This document shows positions 56,297 through 64,000 of a stretch of DNA of 64,000 nt, piece by piece. The stretch is from Nitrospirales bacterium (GTDB lineage Bacteria; Nitrospirota; Nitrospiria; Nitrospirales; UBA8639): contig CBDCWC010000002.1 of assembly GCA_965223295.1 (NCBI GenBank), positions 960,001-1,024,000 on the forward strand, read 5' to 3'. Both the position numbers and the translations under genes were made by a program. Position 1 is the first letter of the stretch. The number at the start of each line of letters is the position of its first letter. The notes under the pieces are model-generated. The model worked only from the letters and a program-made list of their open reading frames with translations, was not told the origin of the DNA and did not search any database.

Positions 56297-57529
56297 TTAA
56301 AAATTCCTGGACAACAATTGCACATTGACTACATCACCGGGCTGAAGTTTTTCCACTTCTTCCGGAACATCAATAAACCCATTGGCTTTCACCATCGAGG
56401 TTAAAATCCCAGAACCCTGTTTTCCTGTGGTCCGCACCACCAAGTCACCATTTTCATGCGCCAAAACACCGCGAAGAAAATGACGGCGATCTGTTTGCTT
56501 GGAAAACGTTTCTTGAAAGACGGCCTGTACTTTCGGTCGTTCCCAAGTCGTATGCCCACCCAACTTCAGCATGGCCGGGCGAACCAACTGATCAAAGGTG
56601 ACCATGGACGAGACAGGATTGCCAGGTAAACCAAACGCTAATTTCCCTTGAATTTTTCCAAACGCGACAGGCTGACCGGGCCGAATCGCCAACTTCCAAA
56701 AATTCATATCAGCGCCAAGTTCAGCAAATACTGGCTTGGTAAAATCATAATCTCCCATCGACACACCACCAGACAACACTAAAATATCACAGGTTAACCC
56801 CTGTCGAATCTTATCTTTCAGAGAATCCGGATTATCTTTCGCAATACCTAATAAGACAGGGATCCCCCCCGCTTCTTGCACACCAGCCGCAATACCATAG
56901 CTATTGGAATTCACAATTTTATTTTCATCGAAGGACTCATCCAGATCAGCCAACTCATCCCCGGTTGAAAGAATACCGACACGTGGCCGTTGGTGAACCA
57001 GAACAAATGACTTCGCCAAAATCGCCAACATACCGATCTCTCCCGATCGAAGTGTCGTGCCCTTCGCAATAATACAATCCCCTTCATGAACATCGTCCCC
57101 CTTCGGTCGAATATTGGCGCCTTGTCCATATTCTCGCATCATGATGCGTACCTTACTTGCCTCGGAAAGTTCCGTATATTCCACGCGAACTACCGTATCG
57201 GCCCCTGCCGGCATAGGCGCGCCGGTCATAATTCGAATCGCTTCCCCAGGCCCGACAGTTTTTGTCGCAACCGCACCTGCCGCAACATCTTCAATAATAT
57301 TTAATTCAGGTATAGTTGAAATGGCATGCTCAGAATGGATATCGGCCCATCGGACCGCAAATCCATCCATGGCCGAATTATCCCAAGGCGGATTGGCGCG
57401 AGGGGCAACAATATCCTCTCCCAAAACTCGGCCCAACGCTTCAAGCAAGCCAGTTTTTTCACAACCTAAGACACTTGTCGCATCTAACACGATTTTCTGA
57501 GCCGTGGTTAATGACGTTAAAGCACTCAT
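56297..57529 (-). CDS. moeA: Molybdopterin molybdotransferase
   Basis: NSAMDGFA, IMTGAPMP, STGDEL, SGGVSMGDYD, GLPGNPVSS. Confidence 0.95.
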   Translation of the reverse strand: MSALTSLTTAQKIVLDATSVLGCEKTGLLEALGRVLGEDIVAPRANPPWDNSAMDGFAVRWADIHSEHAISTIPELNIIEDVAAGAVATKTVGPGEAIRIMTGAPMPAGADTVVRVEYTELSEASKVRIMMREYGQGANIRPKGDDVHEGDCIIAKGTTLRSGEIGMLAILAKSFVLVHQRPRVGILSTGDELADLDESFDENKIVNSNSYGIAAGVQEAGGIPVLLGIAKDNPDSLKDKIRQGLTCDILVLSGGVSMGDYDFTKPVFAELGADMNFWKLAIRPGQPVAFGKIQGKLAFGLPGNPVSSMVTFDQLVRPAMLKLGGHTTWERPKVQAVFQETFSKQTDRRHFLRGVLAHENGDLVVRTTGKQGSGILTSMVKANGFIDVPEEVEKLQPGDVVNVQLLSRNF

Positions 57530-57587
57530 GATGAAACCTAATGCGTTGAAACTACGGTGATTGGAAATTCACAGACATTCAAAACCA

Positions 57588-58553
57588 CTATGGCTTTTTA
57601 AACGGCGCAGGACGGGCCGCCACATTGACCAAAGAGCCCTTTTTCTTGCAAAACTCTTCAATTTTGTTCGCGACGCCATGGATAGCAGCAGCGGTAGGAA
57701 GATCCGAATGAAACAAAGCGTAGGGTTCTCCTCGATCACATTGCAACACCATTTCCGGGTCAAGTGGGACACGACCGAGAAACGGCACCTCCATGTCCGC
57801 AGCCGAGGCTTCGCCACCACCTTTGCGAAACACTTCAATAGCCTTATGGCAATGCGGACAATCTAAGCCACTCATATTTTCTACAATACCAATAATCGGG
57901 AGTTCACTATCTCTCACAAACGTCACAGACTTGCGGGAATCTAAGAGGGCCACTTCTTGAGGAGTCGATACGATCACACAACCTGTCACTTCCCCTATCA
58001 GATCCATAGTGGTGACTGATTCATTCCCAGTCCCAGGCGGTAAATCTATAAACAAATAATTCAAATCTTGCCATTCGATCCCACCCAATAATTGATTGAT
58101 AAATTCAAACTTATAAGCATCACGCCAAATAATAGGATCATCGGAATTCTGAAGAAGAAAGGACATTGATGCAATTTTTAGGTTATACACTTGATGGGGA
58201 ATAATCCCTCCACCTGTACTAATTTTGAGTTTTTCTCCTTCAACACCCATCATTTTGGGAATATTTGGGCCATGGATATCCATATCGCACACACCCACCT
58301 CATAGCCCTTCAACGCAAGACTAATCGCCAAATTGGTTGTCATCGTGCTCTTGCCCACTCCACCTTTATTACTCATGACGAGGATTTTGTTCTCAATGCG
58401 GCCCATCCGCTTGGCGACTAACCATCGACTATGCCCTTCCCGATCTTTCTGACAAGTTTCGGTTTCGTCACAAATTGCACAAGCCCACATATACGTACAG
58501 ACATCGCCACTTGACGAAGGAGAAGGTTGAACCATTTTAAGCTCGGTTGCCAT
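57588..58553 (-). CDS. Mrp/ApbC/NBP35-family Fe-S carrier ATPase
   Basis: NKGGVGKS, DIHGPNIP, DLPPGTG, ENMS..CPHC, plus an N-terminal four-Cys motif. Confidence 0.92.
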   Translation of the reverse strand: MATELKMVQPSPSSSGDVCTYMWACAICDETETCQKDREGHSRWLVAKRMGRIENKILVMSNKGGVGKSTMTTNLAISLALKGYEVGVCDMDIHGPNIPKMMGVEGEKLKISTGGGIIPHQVYNLKIASMSFLLQNSDDPIIWRDAYKFEFINQLLGGIEWQDLNYLFIDLPPGTGNESVTTMDLIGEVTGCVIVSTPQEVALLDSRKSVTFVRDSELPIIGIVENMSGLDCPHCHKAIEVFRKGGGEASAADMEVPFLGRVPLDPEMVLQCDRGEPYALFHSDLPTAAAIHGVANKIEEFCKKKGSLVNVAARPAPFKKP

Positions 58554-58926
58554 ATATGCCTCCAACAAAATAAAGCCAATAAATACCTAGAACCCCTAAT
58601 TTACAAAGAAAAGATAAGGTTGTTGTTCTTCTCCACAGACCCAATGTTTTGAATCATATGACCTGAGAAATCCAATCAGGGAACTTGTCTCTGTCGTCCA
58701 AGGGTCAGAATAACTGGTAAAGACCTCGTCTGACAAAGGGCTCATCCCTTGAACAATGTCTCTTTTCACATCAACAGCCTTTCATAGGATAAAAGAGTCA
58801 TTTGGTGATTCGTCCAGATTTTTTTCAAGATTTTCCTTCAACCGTTGGATTCCAAACCGGATTACATTCCGGGCCCACCAAGGCTGAAATACCCATCAAT
58901 ATCTATCGCCGTCTACACATCCTCCA

Positions 58927-59880
58927 TCACCGTGGACCTGTGTCGGGCACACTGACATAGTCATCATCACCGCCAGACCCAACCCCAACCACTTGTGGTT
59001 CAACATTTGGCCGTACCGTTGGCGGTGTGCTGGCAGGAGGAGATGGCGGATCTTCATCGTCACCTTTGGTCTTCTTTTTTCCAAATACCTGGGCACTAAT
59101 AATCCCGACTTCGTAAAAGAAGTACATGGGTAGGGCCATGATACATTGATTAAATGGATCAGGTGTCGGTGTTAAAATTGCCGCAAATAAAAAAGATCCT
59201 AAAAATGCCCACTTGCGATATTGCCTCAAAAGTGTTGCATCCACCCACCCGAGTTTAGCCATCAACGTCAGGGCCAACGGCACTTCAAATATCAGCCCAA
59301 ACACCAGGAGAAACCACAGGATAAATCCTACAAAATTGGCGATAGAAATTTGAGCAATAAACCCTGATTCCAACCCGTAGGACAGCAGAAAATTCAGCGC
59401 AAAGGGGAGAACAAAAAAGAAACAAAAAATTAATCCTAAGAAAAAGGCAATGGTACTAATCACCGTAAATGGAGCCACAAACCGCCGTTCTTGGGCATGA
59501 AGTCCAGGAACCATAAACTGCCAGATTTCCCATAACCAATAGGGAGTGGTCAGGACCAAGGCACACAAACCGGCTACCTTCACATTTTGCCAAAGAGCCT
59601 CAGCCGGCGCGAGAAACACCAACGGGATTTTTGGTAAATCTGAAGGGACCCATTCCCAAGAATCTAAAATAAAATAATTTTGAAGTGGAACTCGCAGCCA
59701 AGTCACCAACGCATCGGCATAAAAAAAGGTCCCAACGAACACCAACGCCATGACCACAACCGCACGAGTCAACCGTTGTTGAAATTCATGAAGATGCTCC
59801 ATAACAGGCATCTTTTTATCTTCCAATGGTTTAAAGACTTTCTCTTCAAACCATTTTCCCCATTTACTTTGATCGGCCAT
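58927..59880 (-). CDS. tatC: Twin-arginine translocase subunit TatC
   Basis: MPVMEHLHEFQQRL, WQFMVPGL, FGLIFEVP, AAILTPTPDP. Confidence 0.93.
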   Translation of the reverse strand: MADQSKWGKWFEEKVFKPLEDKKMPVMEHLHEFQQRLTRAVVVMALVFVGTFFYADALVTWLRVPLQNYFILDSWEWVPSDLPKIPLVFLAPAEALWQNVKVAGLCALVLTTPYWLWEIWQFMVPGLHAQERRFVAPFTVISTIAFFLGLIFCFFFVLPFALNFLLSYGLESGFIAQISIANFVGFILWFLLVFGLIFEVPLALTLMAKLGWVDATLLRQYRKWAFLGSFLFAAILTPTPDPFNQCIMALPMYFFYEVGIISAQVFGKKKTKGDDEDPPSPPASTPPTVRPNVEPQVVGVGSGGDDDYVSVPDTGPR

Positions 59881-59906
59881 CTTTTATGCGTACTCTCTAA
59901 ACAAAG

Positions 59907-59931
59907 AGAGGGAGGCATAAAGCCTCCCTCT
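59907..59931 (-). terminator. Hairpin terminator after the Do-family protease gene
   Basis: AGAGGGAGGC-ATAAA-GCCTCCCTCT with T-rich flanks. Confidence 0.65.
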
Positions 59932-59947
59932 GTTTTCAATCGTGGTC

Positions 59948-61477
59948 TTATTTAGGATTGACCGCCACAAATAGATTGTTACCCCGACGATTGACCAGAA
60001 GCACTACCAATTCATCTTTCCCAATCTTCGAGGCCACTTGTTGATATTCTTCGAGAGTTTTCACCGCACTTCGACTCACTTCTTGAATAAGATCGCCTGG
60101 CTGAATACCAGCAGCTTCCACCGCGCTTCCCGATTCGACTTTCGTCACCACCACACCCTTGGCATCTTCGGGAATACCAAACTGATTACGATTTTCAGCC
60201 GTAATGGCTCCTACAGCCAATCCGGCTAACACATTATCCAACTTCTCCATGGCGGGAGGCTTTTCTCCCGGGGCAGGAGGTGTTGCCTTAGCTAAAACCT
60301 GGTCAGACGGACGTTCTCCTAACACTAAACTGAGCGTCGTTTCCTTACCCTCCCGCAACACCTTAATGTCTTTCTGTTTCCCAACTTTTGTGCGGGCCAC
60401 GATGTTACGAAGATGATTCACATCTTTCACCGATTGGTTGTCATATTCCAAAATCACATCACCACGCTGTAGGCCAGCTTTTGCTGAAGGACCATCCTGA
60501 TGCACTTCACTAATCAGGACGCCTCCTTGCTGGCCTTCCGGTAACTGAAAGGATTGCGCCAATGCTGGGGTCAGCTCTTGAATCGCGACGCCCATCCATC
60601 CACGTACGACTTTTCCCGACTCAATCAAACTTGCCGTAATATCTTTGGCAATACTGACGGCAATGGCAAAGCCAACACCCTCCGACCCACCGGTACGAGA
60701 AAAGATTGCCGTATTGATCCCAATCAATTCACCGTTCATATTGACCAAAGCACCCCCGGAATTTCCTGGGTTGATCGCTGCATCCGTCTGAATAAAATCT
60801 TCATACTCGGTAATCCCGACGCTGCCGCGCCCTAAAGCACTGATAATCCCGAACGAAACCGAAGATTTCAGGCCGAAAGGACTGCCCAATGCAAGCACCA
60901 CATCTCCCACCCGCAGAGTGTCATAACTTCCCCACGGAATGAAAGGAAGCTCTTCATTGTCCAGCTTAACCTTGATAACGGCCAGATCGGTTTTGGGGTC
61001 AGTTCCTACAATCGTGGCAGGCATTTCCCGGCCATCAGTAAACGTGACATTAATATCACTAGCATCTTCAACCACATGGTTATTAGTCAAAATATAGCCC
61101 CGTGAATCAATCACCACACCTGAACCCGCACTCATCCCTGGCCCACCAGGTCCAGGGGGACGTCCGGGAGGTCCTCCGCCACCTGGAGGCGCTCCGCCGG
61201 GAGGTCCTCCAAATGGTCCCGGAGGTAGTTGCCGACCAGAACCGCCTCCACCTGTGACAGCCACATTTACGACGGCTGGCCCAACCTTTTCAACAATATC
61301 TGCGAATCCTTCAACAAACGCGCTTGGTACCGTGGCATGAGATTGAGCGGGAGAGAACCATCCATCGCTTCCCAGTCCACCTATTGGCCCTAGACCAAGG
61401 AGGAAGAACATGAATCCCCCAAAGGGCGCAAGCCATGACTGCCGTGTCGAGCCTGAAAACATCCGTGACATGTGCAT
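59948..61477 (-). CDS. Do/DegP/DegQ-family serine endoprotease with two PDZ domains
   Basis: TNNHVV, DLAV, QTDAAINPGNSGG, two PDZ-like regions, Pro/Gly-rich loop. Confidence 0.93.
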   Translation of the reverse strand: MHMSRMFSGSTRQSWLAPFGGFMFFLLGLGPIGGLGSDGWFSPAQSHATVPSAFVEGFADIVEKVGPAVVNVAVTGGGGSGRQLPPGPFGGPPGGAPPGGGGPPGRPPGPGGPGMSAGSGVVIDSRGYILTNNHVVEDASDINVTFTDGREMPATIVGTDPKTDLAVIKVKLDNEELPFIPWGSYDTLRVGDVVLALGSPFGLKSSVSFGIISALGRGSVGITEYEDFIQTDAAINPGNSGGALVNMNGELIGINTAIFSRTGGSEGVGFAIAVSIAKDITASLIESGKVVRGWMGVAIQELTPALAQSFQLPEGQQGGVLISEVHQDGPSAKAGLQRGDVILEYDNQSVKDVNHLRNIVARTKVGKQKDIKVLREGKETTLSLVLGERPSDQVLAKATPPAPGEKPPAMEKLDNVLAGLAVGAITAENRNQFGIPEDAKGVVVTKVESGSAVEAAGIQPGDLIQEVSRSAVKTLEEYQQVASKIGKDELVVLLVNRRGNNLFVAVNPK

Positions 61478-61729
61478 TATCTCAATCTCCTGTTTTGAGA
61501 AAAATGTAATTGAACGAGAATCTCAAACAAATCGTTCAAGAATTCATAACCCTGTCTATCTTGGTCCTCACTCGAAGGCAAAAAACCGAAAAAAGGCACA
61601 AGTTCTTGATTCTACAATAATTGTTTCTCTACCTTCAAAGTCAAATCATGCCTTTTTTAAGTCAGAATGAAGATTCTAGCAGCCAGTAGAGATAGGGAGG
61701 TACACAGGATGTACAAATGGGACTCAGAT

Positions 61730-61957
61730 GGGCCTCGTAAAAAAAGCCGCCAGCAGCGTTCCCTGCCTTCGCCGGAGCGGCTTCGCGCAGGCAGGTCGCC
61801 ATTGTTCCGTGCTCACGTAGGACCAGTACGCTCCGCGCGCAAGAATGGTGGCTGTGGCCTTGCTGGACGACATTTTTGAATGGCCCCAATGTTGTTGATG
61901 GCAAACCGCTTTCGGGCGAAATATGGCCCTTGATATCTTCATTACTCAACCACTCCC
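61730..61957 (-). mobile_element. MITE family A, copy 4 (degenerate, with 34-bp nested insert)
   Basis: Colinear with copy 3. Flanks are CAGAT / AAGAT. Confidence 0.75.
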
Positions 61958-62173
61958 AAGATAGGCTTTGACAAGGCAAATCACGCCCACTAGAGAGTTC
62001 TAAAGACGAGACCGGCAAACCTATTTCATCAATCAAAAGTGCAAAAAATATCGGAAAACCTGAGACATGTAAAAAATCCTGAACCTGTTTTAAATAAGAT
62101 AAACAGCACTCAAGAAGGTTGAGACAGAGGAGAAAGAAGTACGTACTGGGGAGATAGATTGTGTAGCGGGCCG

Positions 62174-62524
62174 CTACTCAAGAATATCCAATAACGAACC
62201 CAAAGCTTGTTCTTGTAATCGGATGCTGGCCACATTAGCTTCAACAAGATTCGATGCGCCTAAAGTATTGATGAGCTCTTCCTCTAAAGCCACGTTAGAA
62301 CCTTGCTGGAAGGCAAACGGATCTTCACCAGTGGCAAATTGTACTCCTGGACGCGTGTCAGTACTCAAAGACACCAGCACACCCCCTGAAGCTGACTCTT
62401 CAAGGTTGGCGTGAGTACGCTTAAAATTCTCAGTCTGAGCATTCGCAACATTGTGCGAACTCACTCCAAGAATGCGACTGCCAGCTTGGATGCCTGATAC
62501 GGCTGGAGCAAATCCTGAAAACAC
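62174..62524 (-). CDS. Short flagellar basal-body rod/hook-family protein
   Basis: N-terminal SSHNVANAQTENFK and C-terminal SNVALEEE...LGSLLDI axial-protein motifs. Confidence 0.75.
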   Translation of the reverse strand: MFSGFAPAVSGIQAGSRILGVSSHNVANAQTENFKRTHANLEESASGGVLVSLSTDTRPGVQFATGEDPFAFQQGSNVALEEELINTLGASNLVEANVASIRLQEQALGSLLDILE

Positions 62525-62571
62525 GAGAGTCGATCCTTTCTACGAATAAAAAATCTGATTGCCTGTTCTAC

Positions 62572-62598
62572 GTATCGACACATTCCTCAAAAACTTTC
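62572..62598 (-). promoter_or_regulatory. Sigma28 (FliA)-type promoter
   Basis: GAAAGTTT-N11-GTCGATAC compared with the TAAAGTTT-N11-GCCGATAA consensus, upstream of the flagellar-type gene. Confidence 0.6.
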
Positions 62599-62744
62599 CA
62601 AGGGCATTTTATCCAAAGACATTTCTGTCATGATACGGATGTTTCAAACATTCTATGTTTACCTGCTGAAGGGTATCAATCATTCTGTTACTATTCAGAT
62701 CGTTTTATCATCTTAGTGACAAGAAATGCCTACGCGAGGAGAAT

Positions 62745-63701
62745 ATGCGAGGGTTAATCCGCGAACAAAGCCTAGACCTCAAATCTGACTGTCCAAAACC
62801 AAAAGCCAAACCTGGAGAAGCCATCATTCAAGTCTTACAAGCTGGGATCTGCTCGACAGACCTACATATTGTAAAGGGCTACATGGATTTCCAGGGGATC
62901 TTAGGGCATGAGTTTGTAGGAGTGGTTGAACAGGCCTCGAATCAGTCTTCCCTTGTCGGGCAACGCGTGGTTGGAGAAATCAATGCCGCATGCCGAACGT
63001 GTTCGACCTGCAGGGACGGACGTCCTACCCATTGTCCACACCGCACCACTTTAGGAATTTATGGACGAGACGGAGCCTTTGCAGATTTCCTTAGCCTCCC
63101 TATTGAGAATTTATTCGTCCTACCGGATTCCGTTGCCACAGAACATGCCGTATTTATTGAACCATTGGCCGCAGCCTGTGAAATCCCAGAACTAATTTTG
63201 ATTAAACCAACAGACCGAATTATCGTGATTGGTGATGGAAAGTTGGGGCTACTATGTGCACAAGTCTTAGCATTACAAGGTTGTGAAATCACACTGTTAG
63301 GAAGGCATCCGAAGCAGCTTGATTGGCTCAGTTCAAAAGGTATTGCAGTCACCTCAGAGGCCCAAGATGTTTCGGTCGATGCAGATGTTGTTGTCGAAGC
63401 CACGGGTAGTCCTGAAGGCCTCGCCACAGCGACAAAACTTGTTCGTCCCCGTGGCACCATCGTGCTGAAATCCACCTATCATGGGCAGGTCTCGGTCAAT
63501 ATGACCGACTTAGTCATCAATGAAATTTCAATCATCGGTTCGCGTTGCGGCCCGTTTGCACCAGCGCTTCGCTTATTAGCTGGGGAAAAAGTACAAGTCG
63601 AGCCGCTCGTTCATAGCCGATTTTCATTAACCGATGGAGTGAAAGCCATGGAACAAGCTGCTCAACCTGGAACGTTAAAAGTGCTCCTCAATATGACATA
63701 G
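62745..63701 (+). CDS. Zn-dependent MDR-family dehydrogenase
   Basis: GICSTD, GHEFVG, CxxCxxC..C, EPLAAA, GDGKLG. Confidence 0.9.
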   Translation: MRGLIREQSLDLKSDCPKPKAKPGEAIIQVLQAGICSTDLHIVKGYMDFQGILGHEFVGVVEQASNQSSLVGQRVVGEINAACRTCSTCRDGRPTHCPHRTTLGIYGRDGAFADFLSLPIENLFVLPDSVATEHAVFIEPLAAACEIPELILIKPTDRIIVIGDGKLGLLCAQVLALQGCEITLLGRHPKQLDWLSSKGIAVTSEAQDVSVDADVVVEATGSPEGLATATKLVRPRGTIVLKSTYHGQVSVNMTDLVINEISIIGSRCGPFAPALRLLAGEKVQVEPLVHSRFSLTDGVKAMEQAAQPGTLKVLLNMT

Positions 63702-63785
63702 GGCCTAGACGTCAACTTTTTCATATCACCCTTCTAGTCCCATGCCCAAAGCTTTGGTATGATGCGTGTGCCTGTTGAGTCTCGA

Positions 63786-63861
63786 GCTGGCGTAGCTCAG
63801 TCGGTAGAGCAGCGGTTTTGTAAACCGCCGGTCGGAGGTTCGATTCCTCTCGCCAGCTCCA
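63786..63861 (+). tRNA. tRNA-Thr(TGT)
   Basis: GCTGGCG acceptor stem, anticodon arm GCGGT-TTTGTAA-ACCGC, TTCGATT T-loop, encoded CCA. Confidence 0.96.
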
Positions 63862-64000
63862 TTTTTAACCCCTATTCAATAACAGAACAGCTTCAGACAC
63901 CGAAGATAGAAGATTCACATCCCCATCAATCTTCGTAGCTCCCTTTCCTTCACTCTACAAACCAAACACGCGAAGAGCTCCTTTCCTATTTTCCATCGTT

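Noticed and set aside
61130-61260. GC-rich GGA/CCT repeats as a DNA repeat element
   Set aside because: They encode the Pro/Gly-rich loop of the Do-family protease in frame.
63786-64000. tRNA-Thr as the attachment site of an integrated element
   Set aside because: I saw no integrase and no duplicate of the tRNA 3' end inside the window. Sequence beyond 64000 is not visible.

Overview
A mostly core-genome window from a Nitrospirales (Nitrospira-like, probably nitrite-oxidising) bacterium. The taxonomy is inferred from the UBact locus, nirK, a PEP-CTERM protein and the repeat families. From left to right: (1) a UBact/proteasome tagging operon (arc-dop-ubact, running off the left edge) beside an RRM protein, a ClpX with an unusual zinc finger, and M48/M16 peptidases; (2) a SlyD-type PPIase, a SmbP-like lipoprotein with a divergent SufR-like regulator, and a MacAB-type exporter; (3) a patchwork of single genes (RhlE, Gpx, RsmJ, patatin, frameshifted secB, GDPD, CBS, RbgA, NnrS); (4) a Zn-ribbon plus SF2 helicase pair and an intact IS3-family element with a 4-bp TSD; (5) SulP, ADH, NirK, DsbA, SLT, proC, tandem HEAT-repeat paralogs and a TM0106 nuclease; (6) a degP-tatC-mrp-moeA-mobB-hexaheme cytochrome-ABC run, then tRNA-Thr. 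The strongest signals not explained by the ORF track are a four-copy MITE family (5-bp TSDs in two copies) carrying 23-bp and 34-bp nested inserts, a second MITE, REP-like palindromes, and two long leaders ahead of RNA-chaperone genes. No database searches could be run, so all product calls rest on motif recognition.
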